A stretch of DNA of 64,000 nucleotides, from positions 25,854,001-25,918,000 of the forward strand of contig NW_024704747.1 of assembly GCF_018977255.1 (NCBI RefSeq), written 5' to 3'. Below the pieces are notes generated by a model. It saw only the letters and a program-made list of their open reading frames with translations, was not told where the DNA came from and did no database searches. Below, piece by piece: positions 39,001-51,795 of the stretch. Source of the DNA: Callorhinchus milii. Taxonomy: Eukaryota. Position 1 is the first letter of the stretch. Each line of letters opens with the position of its first letter. The position numbers were made by a program, and so were the translations under genes.

Positions 39001-42000
39001 TTCCAAGCAATTCCACCTAATGCACGACAAATTCCCTAAGCTCTTTGTTGTAGAACTGTACGTACGATAACCTCATTAGAACAAGACACTTTAGTGCAAC
39101 AATAAATAATTTACGTTAGTAATAATTATCAAGCAAGTAACAGAGTAAAACAGTGTAAAGCACAGTGTCGAAAATTCATTACCATGCTTAAGAGTACCGA
39201 TCTTTACCAAAGAGCGGCTGTTGGGCAATACTCGCTTTGGTTTCTCTTCAAAGAGAAACGATTAAATCTTTCTTAAGTATTCGAAATCAGCGAAGACCCG
39301 AATTTAATGTTCGGAAACGGTGTCGGTCTTCAGAATCATCCAAACTCAACACCACCCCGGTTGGATCTGGACTCGAAATCTCATCAAAACCGAGATATTT
39401 TCAAGAGGGATTAATCATTTCAATAGTTTGTTCATTTAAATATCCAAAAAAATAATATGTACCTCTGTTATTTCACAGATGTTCAGAATGCAGGTACATA
39501 TTATTTTTGGGGGGATATTTAAATGAATGTGCGTGTAAATATATATATATATATATTATATACTGATTAAAATAAAGGGTACACCGGAATTTGGCACGGG
39601 TAGGCGAATCCCTGATGAGTTGGCGGCTGCGTTTGTTTTTTGTTTAATGACTGTCTCATGTGGAGGGAGCTGTGGCTTTCCTCCCGAGTTCCGTGGAGGC
39701 TGCAAGCAAAATCATTCACCCGTACTGTAAACCTACGTGGCATTTTCATTCGCTTACAGCATTTCTGAAACAGCCTCACAAGGTATAACAGAATGGAGGT
39801 ATTTGTTTTCAGTCTAACGCCAGCCCAAAGGACGTTCAGAGTGCTTTATCAACCGCCTCAGACATTTTGGGGGCATTATCTTTAAATATGACAGAAGATG
39901 TGTGTATAATAGTTGTGCCAAAGTCTTGAGAACCGAGAACAGTGGAATTTGACGGATATCTGAAATATACTTTACAATGTATACAATGTATACAATGCAG
40001 AGCCTGATTTTGGAAGTTCAGTTTTTTTTTCTCTCTTGCGCGTTAAAACTTTTATTTCAGAGTCGCCCTGCTTTCGAGTTCTGCCATACGGCTTGAGTCT
40101 GTGCTGAAGACCAGGGCATTTGCCTGCTGTGTGAGCATTTCTAAAAACATAGAGATAAAATGTTTGGATAAAAATGCAACTTAGGACCGTTGATCCATTT
40201 CAGTGTTCAAAACAAAAGATATTTACATGCAACAACTGGGCTACATCTTCCTCTATTGTTTGCTGAAAATACGACAGGCCATGCAGTGACCTGGACATTT
40301 TAAAGTCGCTTGATATTTAGGTATATTTATTAATCTGGATTATTAAATGATATGTGCGCGGTAAACCCTTACAGTATTCTGTAACCCGTGGACAAGTTAT
40401 CTTGACAAAATGATTGTAAATTTGAGAGGAATGTGCTTATTGCCCACTAACCGAGCTTGATAACTTTGAAATGGGTAAAAAAAAAATCTGCCCCCGTGTT
40501 GTTGATAAATTCCAAACAGGTACCATCAGTAAAATTCTTAACCCGCGTCACTTTGAAACAACGCAAGAAATAAAACGGCCCGAATGAAATAAGTCTGGAC
40601 TTGCAAACAGGACAGAACGCATCTTCGCTTTGATATATTTCAATAAAGATCCACTAAAAGGTCCATGAAAGTTTAGCTGCATGTTTAATTAATGTGAGGC
40701 CAGACAAACAAGTGGCGGGTTAGAAGTGTCTGTCTGTCTCTTTTTGCCCACCCACAATCTCAGTTCCTGGAATGAAAAGCGAGTGGCTGCAATTTATTCA
40801 TTCTCGTTGACATTTTCTGCTCACTGTCGATATTCAAGTACCACCATAGTTTCCTTTCAGCATCGTTTGCTAAACATAGATCGTGTGTTTATATCAAAAT
40901 GCATCAATTCCGTAGACAGCAAATATATATACCTCCGACTGAAAACAATCAAAGCAGAAAGCTTAAATAAGCAAAAATCCATTATGTCTATAACTGAAGC
41001 GAATTACGCCATTTTGATTTATCAGAAAAATAAAGAATAATGCGAACTCTCGTTTCAGACCTTGAGAACTGTTATATAATTCAGCAGCAATCCCTATTTA
41101 ATTTTGAAAAGAATGCTGGTTGTCATTTGATGAACTGATATTGCCCGAACTAAACATTTAGTTTTATTTTCATTCTGAGTCCAAAACAATTAATAAACTG
41201 TGCGACGGTCAATTGTCAAATCAAGTTACTTGGAAATTCTGACAAAGAAAATATTATATTTCATTCTTTTTCCTTTAAATATTTTTTTGAACCTTACATT
41301 TTTTTGAACAATCACAATATGTGAACGCATATTTCTCAGTGCAATATGGATTTATATGATTTTTAAAAATTCCAGAGCTGAGAGTTTAAACTGCTCGTTA
41401 CTGTATTAGAATATAGTTTATTGAAAATGAGGGAGACAATCGTACCATTTTGTCTGCGTTTTATGTGTCCACAATTTTATCTTAATGCTGTTGCAAATGG
41501 AAACCACAGTATTACAGCATATGGGTTGAGGCTGTACAGTCAATTCACACAGAAATTAAAAATCACCAGAGCATCATTTGGTTTGACATGTGATCAAGGT
41601 CGAATTTCTTTATTTTGCTTTGATTAGAATATGGAGAGAACTTCCCCACTTTTGGTGGCTGAAAGAGATTTAAAAGTTAACGCCATTAGTTTATAAAATA
41701 ATATAACAAAGAATAAACACGTTTGGTTGGTGTTTTAAAATAAAAAAACAATTAGAGTGGGATAATTTGAAAGCGATTCATTCTGTATCCGAACCGTGTA
41801 TTCGCTCTGTTATGTAATGTTCTACTTATTTCCATCAGATTTTTTTTTTAGCATTCACAATCTACTGGTTTTGACTGATTTTAATAATAATAATGGTTTC
41901 GACAAATATATTATTCGAGTGTCAGTTACTCGACTCTTTGTCAGTAAACTGATCATACAGGTACAGCTTGATAAGGAAATACATTTTTCTTTTTCCTATT

Positions 42001-43040
42001 GAGCTCAATATAGAGAGGGTTTTCTTTTGTTGAACTGAAGGAAAAAAAATACAAATTCACCACAGCTTATCACCCGTGTGTTTTATTTATGAATTATTTT
42101 AAATGGCATTATTGCCATTGATTTATTTCATTGTCTCCATCGCATTCACGTATAATGTCGGTAACAACACTTGTGCAATATGAAACTGAGGCCTTTCGCA
42201 GGTTTGAGGAAAAAAAAACAAATACATTGAAGACAGCTGGCTGCACAACGCATAATACTCATCATTGGCTCGACTGAATCCCACACATCCCATTATCACA
42301 TGTCAACTTCATAATCCATCGTTTACTAAAAATCAAATAACATAACCTCTTGTGGATGAGGATGGGTGCTCACTGTGCCGTCAGACACCTTTGAATTAAT
42401 TTCCTTTCGAGTCCTTACTTCACAGCACTATTATAGCAAGAAAATGTTTTGTACATACATACCAGTGAAAATGCTTTACGGTTACTTTTTATTCAAACTC
42501 AATTTACATAGGTAGGGTGCATGCATAATATATACTGTATATTTAAGGTTAAAATACGAAAGCTTCTTTCTAATTACTGTGGTACTTACATTCTCAATAT
42601 CTGCTTGTTACTCGAGTCGACAGACAATCGTGTGACAATTTAAACAAATTGACGAAACAAAACAATTATAATCTCTTGAAAACTGAAAAAAAAAATGAGA
42701 TGACGCATATTATCCCTGGACATCAAACGTACAGGCCACGAGAAATCAAAACTTGCGCTTTCTGAACATTATCCTGCAACAGTCGATGGTTCACGAGGTA
42801 TCCATGGTTTGCATCTCAGTCTGTATGTTGCTGATGTTTAAAAACCCCAACACGCCCATGACTAGTGACAGTGGCAATGTAATGTTACATTGCTGTTTTA
42901 TATGACAGCACATCAAAGGAGCACCTATCCATTAAAACGATGGATATTCTTGATCTACACGCTTTCTACAAGCAAGCTTAATTACCATTAAAAAGGCCGA
43001 CTCGCGAACTTGGAACTCACATTTGAACTTCAACTTTCCC

Positions 43041-43279
43041 CTAAAATAGCGAGAGCGTGTGCTCACGCATCACAAGCCTTTTCTTTTTCATGCGTCGGTT
43101 CTGAAACCAGATTTTGACTTGCTGGTCACTCAGATTCAGTCTGTCGGACAAATCTTTCCTTTTCTGTCGATTGATAAACTCGTTGGCAAGGAATTCATTC
43201 TCAAGTTCAGCTATTTGTGGCTTTGTGTACGGTTTGCGTTTCTTCCTGGACCTCACTTGTGTTGGGCACCACGACATCC
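43041..43279 (-). CDS. HOXD12: Hox-D12 exon 2 (homeodomain)
   Basis: [59 protein letters not shown]; QIAELENEF and INRQKRK are D12-type. Acceptor tttgtag|gg, intron 785 bp. Confidence 0.96.
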
Positions 43280-44064
43280 CTACAAAACGGAGGAGAGAGA
43301 GAGAAAAAAACACAAAGCAATTGAAATTTTCCTATATTTTCTCGCCAACTGAATTGACACTTGCGACCACTTGGCTATTTCGCACACCATCTGTGTGAAA
43401 GATATTGCATTGGTAATGGATGACAAAATCGACAGCTTTTTAATCCTGTATTTTTTTTTCTGTACAGCAGGAATGTAAATTACACGGATTATCTTGTTTC
43501 GTGAAAATAACATAAGAAGTTCCAAGTGACAAAACAAACTAAAAGGGTGAAACAAGCATCTTAATATCATGTGTTACAGGAGAAACTGATCGAGGTTTAA
43601 TATTTTGACAAATGAAAGTCACATTAACATGTCAGTATCTTACAGGAGCTAAACCACAATCTAGTGATCATTCAGAGAATGTTACATCTCTTAGTTACTG
43701 AAAAGTTTCCATGCAGACTTCCAAATTTGAAATCGCTTCATTGATTTTATTATCATTTCGGCTTTATTCCACCATAAAAGCTACCAGTGTCCGCGTTGTG
43801 ATAGAACCATTTCATGCTTTGCTTCAATATCTATCAGTGTGTGCTTTCCAACATTTTCCTTTAATTTGGTTTGCAAATTTTCATATCACTACATCACGTG
43901 TTAATGTTAAATATATGAAATGGACATGAATGTGTCAGGTAGCTTTTTTGTTTGGTGGTGGGGGGGTGGGGGTGGGGGTGGGGGTGGGGGGGTGGGTGGG
44001 GGAGAGAAAGGGGTTCCTGCAGCCTTGAAATAACCATCGTTTTAATATTATACTGATACTGTAC

Positions 44065-44635
44065 CATCGGAGGATCGGTTGCATGCTGGAGGTATTGATG
44101 ACTGTAATGACATATTGAGGCTCACACACTGCTTGATGCCTTCATTTACAGTGGAAGTGTTGGAATTCAATTCAAAGCCTTGGCTATGTAACGAGGAGCC
44201 GTGCGGGGATGTTTCCACGTTTGAATATTCGTACTTGGCAGCGCTGAGCGAATAAGGGATGCCCGCTTGGCTTGGGTAAGCCTGGTTCTGCCTGCAGCGC
44301 TCCTCCAGTTTTCGGCTGCTGTCCTGGAAATAGTATTTGCCCGTCTCCTCCCCGGCTACGGCCTTTTCTGGTCCGTGCCTGCTGATGCTGACCGGGTTGC
44401 TGAGATAGGACTGAGAGTAGCCGCCGAAGGCGCGGCTCTGCGGCGGCGAGGCGCACGGACTCGGGGAGGTCCACGGGAGCGCACACACCTCCCGGCGAGA
44501 ATAAGAGAGAGCCGGAGACAGGGCGGACAGCTGGGCCCCATTCGGACGCAGATTGGGGAAGTAGAAGGGCTCCGGGCTGGGGAAGTTCAACAGGGAGCCG
44601 ACATAGCCTGAATTCAGCAGGTTGTGCTCGCACAT
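44065..44635 (-). CDS. HOXD12: Hox-D12 exon 1 (protein about 269 aa)
   Basis: PG12 N-terminus MCEHNLLNSGYVGSLLNF..PFYFPNLRPNG. GC/CpG-rich exon. Donor GATG|GTACAG. Confidence 0.94.
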
Positions 44636-45107
44636 TTCCGAGGCGCGCGGTCGGATCTTCTCCAGTCCCTATTTAGCTCTCGGACGGAGATAAACGAAAG
44701 GCAAAGCCCCATTGGCTCCGGTACAGTCACGGGGCAGGCGGAAGCTGGTATCCCCCCCCCCCCCCCCCCCGGCACCGCCTTCGTCCCACAGCAGCTCACA
44801 TCTGAAATGTCTCAAGTCCATGTCCATGTGCACCACCATCCCATTTAGCCAACGCTCACTAACTAACCCGGGTCAGGGGGGAACACACAAGATGTCTCGT
44901 TCCTTTTTGGATCATTTGTTGGAAAGGAAACGCAGCGTAAATCCAATGTGCTCCAAAGACACAGCTTCAACGGCGTCTCTCACACATTATATTAAAGTTG
45001 TTTTTTTTAATATATATATATAAACAAAAGTGCAAACACCAGACATGCCATGTTAGTGCTGTTTTCTTGAATGTACCCAATCCGTTTCTGTGCCCATTGC
45101 GGTCAAG

Positions 45108-45133
45108 ACAGGACAGGACAGGACAGGACAGGA
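45108..45133. repeat. (CAGGA)n pentanucleotide repeat
   Basis: Direct reading. Confidence 0.85.
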
Positions 45134-47530
45134 TGGGATGCGTTCACATGGAGAATGTTTTAACAGATCAGAGCAAACGCGACGTGTTGAATCGGGGAAG
45201 AAAAAGTGCTGAAGTGGAGGGAAACGTAAACCGTTTTTAATTTATATTTTACCGACGATGGATTTTTAGGGATTGATTCATTTCTGACAGAATGTCTGGT
45301 TGGTACAATAACGTGACATTGCGTCGTATCTGGAGCGCTGAGGCGTTTTTTTTCGTTCATTTGTTTTGACTAGATTTTGTTAACGAAAAACAACGAAAAC
45401 ATGGCAAACGAAAGCAAATCTTAACAAAATAACATTAGTGGACAGTCGTCAAGCGCTCAGCTCAGAACGAAACAAACGTTTATGCTTTAATATTATTATT
45501 ATTATTATTATTATTATGGTTAATGACGGGAACCGCGTATTTCATAATTGAATACATCAGAGATACATTCACGATACCGAATGCAATAATTCGTTTTTTT
45601 TTTCTGAAGGCAAAAATACATCAGTAAAAGTAGACAACAGCCTGTCTCAAGGCCACATATACGGCCATGTAATTGGGGGCCATCTTTTCATTCTAGTCTT
45701 TAAATTCTGTTCTGCAATGCAAAATCCTTCGGACAATTGCAGTCACTAAGACTGCTCTGACATTACGAGTTGGAAACTAAAATTGCACCCGTTCGTACTT
45801 TTATCCTTTGTTTCACTATTACTAACCATACGGTGGAGGTGAAAGGGGAATTTTTTAATTCACATCAGCAGCCGCATTCGGAATACATATATTTTCGGGG
45901 GGGGGGGGGGGGGGGGGGGATAGATTAAACTCTACCCTTCTGTGGTGCGTTTAGATTGTACATTTTATTTAGAGAGTAATTTCTTAACAGAACAGCGGTT
46001 AACGTAAGCGGCTCGAATTATAACAATTAAACGAGCTTCAAGTAAACGTTGAAATCAGACGGTTACTGTAAATTCAGTATTAAAAATCCAGAAGAACCGA
46101 ATAATCAATCCTGTTACTCGCATGTGTTTGATGCCAGAAGCAAGTTTTAGAGAGAGTCCACAGTCATCGGGAAAAAAAACGTGAAATGTTTAAAAAGTAG
46201 CCGTTGTAAATCCATGCAAATCGTTGCTGCATATGCTATATTTTTCGTCAAATAGGTCAAATAATTTGTAACGAAATAAGCTACATAAAATAATTAAATA
46301 TGTGCCTTGTTTGTGAGTTAATTACACGATTCACTATGACTTTAGAAAATTAAATTGGCGCCAAGTCCTTTTGTAAAAAGTAGCACTTTATGGACAAATT
46401 CGTTCCGACTGTAGAAATAGAGTATTTGAAAATGTTACCGGTCTTGGTGTTCAGAATTTGACTGTGCTCATTCCGTGGGTCTACGATTTATCTTACCTTT
46501 CGGGACTGGGAGGGTTACAGTTTGACCTCCTTTTTTTCAGTTAAAAATCTGCCTATGTGCAGCCAAGTCAGTGCAGATACTGCCAGCTCATCTCGCCGGA
46601 AAGAAATGCCAGTGTTGATTCTCTTCCACTTTATGATCTCACCATAGCTGCCCAAATACTCGAACGCCTTCTCTAAGTTTGCCATTCATTTGCTAAAGTT
46701 GTTGGAAATCAAAGCGCTCAAACCGAAAGCGAGAACGGCATCTAAGGTTTCTTGTGCAAACGTGAAAAAGACTTGAATGAAAACAGCTCAGCTACCCACA
46801 GTTCAAGGTCAATGTCGAAGGAGTATCTATCCGAATGCCATATTTTTTTCAAAGGATATTGAACATTTTCGTTTTCATGCGTTTTCCGAAAATAAAGAAC
46901 GGTTTTGGTGGTAAACCTTTCGGGTCAAGTACAGCAATTTCCACGTTCAATGGGATTAGTGCAACAGATAATGAAATCCAGTGAGGATTCGGGGTTTTAT
47001 TACAAAAAAAAGTTCTTCAAAACTGTACTTTATTGTTAAAAACGTTTGTTTCAAAGCTGTGCATCCTTCATAGCCCGTATTCAAATGCACACAAAGTATG
47101 TGCGCTTTACCTATAAATAATATTAGGTTATGTTACATAGGCAGGAAAAAAAACTGCAATACGCCTGATTTGTGGCACAATTTCTTCAGTATCAGAGTAA
47201 TGGGTCTGGCTCATCTGGGGAAAAAATGCCATTATTTGAAAAAAAATCGTAACGAGTTACATAAATGAATAATAAAGCACGTCAAGTTTAAATGGTGCAA
47301 GAATATTAAAACCGAAATGTAGCCTCGGTCTCAGGGCAGCCCCGGTTTTGTGTTGAAAGACTTTATTTTATGAGCTCTTTTCTTGCAATATAGGTTTATG
47401 CCGCTGTCTAAATTTTCAATACGACCTGTCAATAAGATCCTGCACGTAACCAGTACCTTTGTGGCTCTGTTTTGCAGCGTAACATAGGAACGACCATCTT
47501 GTGGCCAGTTTTTTGTCTGGAACAGCGTGT

Positions 47531-47561
47531 TGCTGTACTGTAGATGTCCAGCAGATGGCGA
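47531..47561 (+). promoter_or_regulatory. CTCF motif with upstream module, between Hoxd12 and Hoxd13
   Basis: TGCTGTAC, then GTCCAGCAGATGGCGA, which matches CCASYAGRKGGC. Confidence 0.75.
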
Positions 47562-48849
47562 AACAGCTCTGCAGTCTCAGCAGTGTTTATTATTCATGAG
47601 GCTAAATAAAGTCAAGGTCAAAGACTATAATGATAGTCAAGGTCAATTTTAAATAGAATATTGACTTTCGACTGCTAAACATCCTTCCTAAATGCATCTT
47701 TTTAATCAGAAGCCCGCACAACCCAGCGACGAAACTTCAGCCTGTTACGATATGAATATTGGTAACCCCTAAAAAAAAAGAGTTGTTTCTTTTTTCGGGA
47801 GAAACACCATACCTTTCGATGTCTTTCTCTTTGCCTTTCTTCAGAATTTATTCCAACGCAGGACTAATGTTAAACCCGTTTCTGTTCTTGTCTGAAACGT
47901 ATAATTGAAGATGGCGGTCAGTATTGTTGTGACCTACAAAGTCTTCGTCTGTTCTGTTCACCACTTACTGTACTGCAGACACTCGATTTTAAGGGCAGTC
48001 GTTAAACTGGTCTGTTTTGCTCTTACTGTTCTCGTAAGTTGGTTTTAGATTTTGGTCACTGTCAGGTTCAAATGAATATAAAATGGCCACAATCGTGAGT
48101 TATCCTGATTGCAAAATGAACCACAAATTGAGGTTGTGCTTTCAACACTCTTACGCTTCTGTTGGCAAAACTGGAAGTGAAAATTCCTCAAAATCGTTTT
48201 GCATACTAACTCAAACGATAAATTCATCCTAAGTGGAAACTTTGTTGATCATTTTACCTATTCTTATTATGATTTGTGGTCCGGCTATGTGCAGTCTCAC
48301 ACGTAATATCCAGTGCAACGCTTTTTTTTAAAAAAACATTCAACGTTATCTCTACATATTTCAACCTAATAGTAAGATACCAAGAATTATCTCGGCTATA
48401 ATTATACCTTCAATTGCACTTAGCGATATGAACGATGTTTTCCTATAACACATATAACATGTTATCACAAATCACTCATTAATCCAACCAATAATAATTT
48501 GTGGAAAACCAGAATTTGTCGTACTTTGCAAATAGCCTACAGAGAAGCAAATGACATCCTGTTATGGGGTTTTTTTGGAAAAAAAAGGAGAAACATTTGT
48601 ATTCTGGAATTTTCTTTACTATTGGCAGTGGAAATGTTTTTAAAAGTCCTTACCACTTTACAAGTGGCTACATTTGCAAATATAACTGTGCAAAACATAG
48701 GTACTGTCGTATTAGCATAGAAAATGATGAATTATGATAGCGAACCATCTCTTTATAAGTGCAAATTTTCAGTGACTTGATGTTTGCAGATTATTCAGAC
48801 GTGAATCTGTTTTGGATTTGTGCGCATTCTCCCAAGATACCGTCGGCAG

Positions 48850-48898
48850 TGTATGTATGTATGTGTGTATGTATGTATGTATGTAAGTATGTATGTAC
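48850..48898. repeat. (TATG)n tetranucleotide repeat
   Basis: Direct reading. Confidence 0.85.
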
Positions 48899-50296
48899 AT
48901 ACTTCTGGAAAGTGGATAAACATTTCCTGTAAACGCTAGCCAATAAAATGCAGAAACCTTGATGTGTGGCGAATGAAAATGTATTAAATTAATTTGCATA
49001 GCGTGTAAAACTTGGAGGCAGTTAAAGTGTGAGTTAATATTTTGCACAGTATAAATCATTTAATGTAAGGAAATCAAGGATAGTTCATATTTAATATGAT
49101 GGAGAATATGAAAAAACTTTATCCAAAAATTGTACACAGAAGGATTAATGTCAAATTTCTGCTCTATCTTATTCGTATAGTTAACATGATTACATAATGA
49201 AAAAATAATTCAAATATACAGCATAATGAGTAATTGGTTAGAAAACAGGTTTAAAAGCCTCAATTGTAGGCAGCCTACTCAAAACAGCATTGGGATTTTC
49301 AAATATATTAACATTTGTCTTGAAGAACAGTTTAAAATGAACAAAAGATTCGATGTAGAGCAATATAATCTTGCATAGTTAAACCATAACTTTTTAAGAT
49401 GTTTTAAACTGCCACAAATTTTAATTAATTAAGCCCAAAATTTATGTCTACAGTTCTTTGGAGAAACGTTTCATTAAATGACTTGAAAATTTGGAGACAC
49501 AAGAAAACAGAAGCCATCTTTCATTTCTGATTGAAAATACATTTATAATGAACGTGTTTGATTGTAAATTCGCTGCCGATTCACATGATTAAATATCTTA
49601 TGGGATTAAGTCACAACTAGTCTGGAACAACTCCACTTGCAACTAATTTCTATCTGGCACTTATTTGAAATGGAATTTTTATTACTTTATTTTGAATTAT
49701 TCACCACAGAATGCATTTTGCTGTTAGTATATAGGTATGATTTACAATTAGAACATATTTGTAGGGTGCCCAGAGGCTCTCTTGCTAAATATGGCTGAAG
49801 TTTAAGCGTTAAATAAAGAATTGCCTTACATTCAGAAAGTTATAATTACAGTTTGCTTAATGATAGATGTCAGTTGCAGTCGCCATTATATAGGCGCGTT
49901 TTAAACTCCCCAGTAATTCATTTGAACCCACGAAGAACTCAATCAAAAGTGAATTATTAGGAGATACTTTGCAGTCACTCAAAAAAAAAATCATTTAGCA
50001 CCATATCGGAATATAAATACACGAATGGTTAGGAGAATAGTGGAATTTTTCGCTCCTTAAGAGAGAGTCTTGGATGAGTCTTGGTGGCGAGGTACAATAG
50101 CAAAGTTTCTGCCCAACCCTCGGGACACTTCATGAAACTGATCTATTCAAGATTTCTTTGTAAATCCGAAGATGTGTTTTGAACTTTGACCACATCGCTT
50201 AGCATTTTGTTCCCACATATTTTTTCTGGTTAGAAATTTCCGCATCACATGCAGTTCAGCAGAGTACGGCATCACTGGGGAACCGTGTCTGGTGCA

Positions 50297-50547
50297 TCAA
50301 GGTATATTGTCTTTGATTTTTGAAACGACTTTCTTTTCTTTCACTCTTCTGTTCTGAAACCAAATGGTGACTTGTCTTTCGGTGAGGTTGCTGGCAGTCG
50401 ATATCCGTCGTCTTTTCTCCTTGGTTATGAATTTGTTTGTGGCATATTCTTTCTCGAGTTCTTTCAGCTGTGTTTTCGTGTAGGGAACCCTTTTCTTCCT
50501 CCCTCGTCTGTAAATGTTTAAATCAGTCTGATGGTGCATTACATCTC
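50297..50547 (-). CDS. HOXD13: Hox-D13 exon 2 (homeodomain)
   Basis: [65 protein letters not shown]. Acceptor tgttag|ga, intron 415 bp. Confidence 0.95.
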
Positions 50548-50962
50548 CTAACAGGGTGAGGGGTGGGGGGTGGGGGGGAGGGGGGGGGGGGAATATAAAT
50601 GATGAGCGTGAACACTTTAAATCCAGGGCGCATTAAAACAAAACAAAGGGCAAATCAAAAGAAAAGCTCCTTTAACGATCATTCAAAGCATGTTTTTCAT
50701 TTCCCAGTTCACACAATTCAGCAAGCTGATCTGCAACCCATCAAGCTGTTACGCAGTCACTTCACATTATCCATATTACTTGTCATTATTTTATTTGGAA
50801 AAACAAACCCCGCGAATTCCTGGCAAAATCAAACAATAGCGTTGCACTCATTTAATCAACGATTCAAATGAATCTGGCGGGGTCTTCTCCCCCCCCCCCC
50901 CCCCACCCCCACCCCCACCTCCTCCCCCTAGGAATGTAAGCAAAAGTAGGAGCATAGGTTAC

Positions 50963-51653
50963 CTGAAAGAGGCGATTTCCAAAAATGTGAAGCCTGTGTC
51001 TGATCTTTAGGGCAATAAACCTGACCGTTCCAGCCATTAGCAAATGTCCAAGGCTGATAGGTCTCCATGGGTATTAGGGCTTCATGCCTTGGCTCCCCGT
51101 GACCGCTTATTGCAGGGACAACTGGGACGTCTAAGTAGCCAGAGACACGCTGATACGGGTTGGGGTAGCTCTGATAGAAAGCGAACTCCTTTGCCCTGGA
51201 TGACACTTCGTCACTGGGAACAGAGGTGTTGGTCAAACCCGAAACGTCCATGTATTTGTCCACTGGATAGCCGCCCAGAGATGCGTGAGCACCAGACTTC
51301 AGAGCAGTCTGCTGAATGCCAACATTTCGACAACTGTAATAGCTGCTTCCAAAATGATAGCCATAGCTGATCGCCGGGCTGGGAGGGCTGGTGGGAGCTG
51401 GACACGGGGTGCATTGCTTGGCAGATTCCGAAATGACCGAATGCGCTCGATCCCCGACCGAGTACGCGGGACCCGATGATAAAGGGTTGTGATGGGTCCC
51501 GAACGCAGACGGAGGCAGAAAATTCCTGCATTGGTTCGAGGGGACGTTCCCTCCTCCCAGCCCTTCCATCTCCGAGTGAGCTGTGCTGTTTTTGTTGTGC
51601 AGGTACCTGATTGCATCAGTCCTCCAAGGGGCTGAGAGAAGTGAAGCTGTCAT
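50963..51653 (-). CDS. HOXD13: Hox-D13 exon 1 (first ATG 51653; second ATG 51569)
   Basis: [41 protein letters not shown] and [15 protein letters not shown]13 motifs. Donor TCAG|GTAACC. Confidence 0.92.
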
Positions 51654-51679
51654 ATCACGGTCCACTCCAAACTATATCC

Positions 51680-51795
51680 TGCTTTATAAAAGCAGCCTCG
51701 GGAGTGGGAAAGAGGTGCTTATTTTTCACTGATTAGAGTGCACTGACCAACACAGAGCTGGTAGGTCGAGCCTGGCCACGTGATATGCAAAATGA
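51680..51795 (-). promoter_or_regulatory. Hoxd13 proximal promoter motifs
   Basis: TATAAA at about 51683-51688 on minus, CACGTGA E-box and octamer-like ATGCAAAA at about 51775-51792. Confidence 0.55.

Noticed and set aside
44184-44633. Overlapping and antisense ORFs over the Hox exons (also 17286-18022, 35249-35656, 51044-51616)
   Set aside because: By-products of GC-rich coding sequence, with no recognisable domains and often non-ATG starts.
8423-51665. Assignment to the HoxC, HoxA or HoxB cluster
   Set aside because: A PG12 gene excludes A and B. D-type residues in PG8, PG10 and PG12, the absence of an adjacent Hox6/7 and the presence of PG14 favour D over C.
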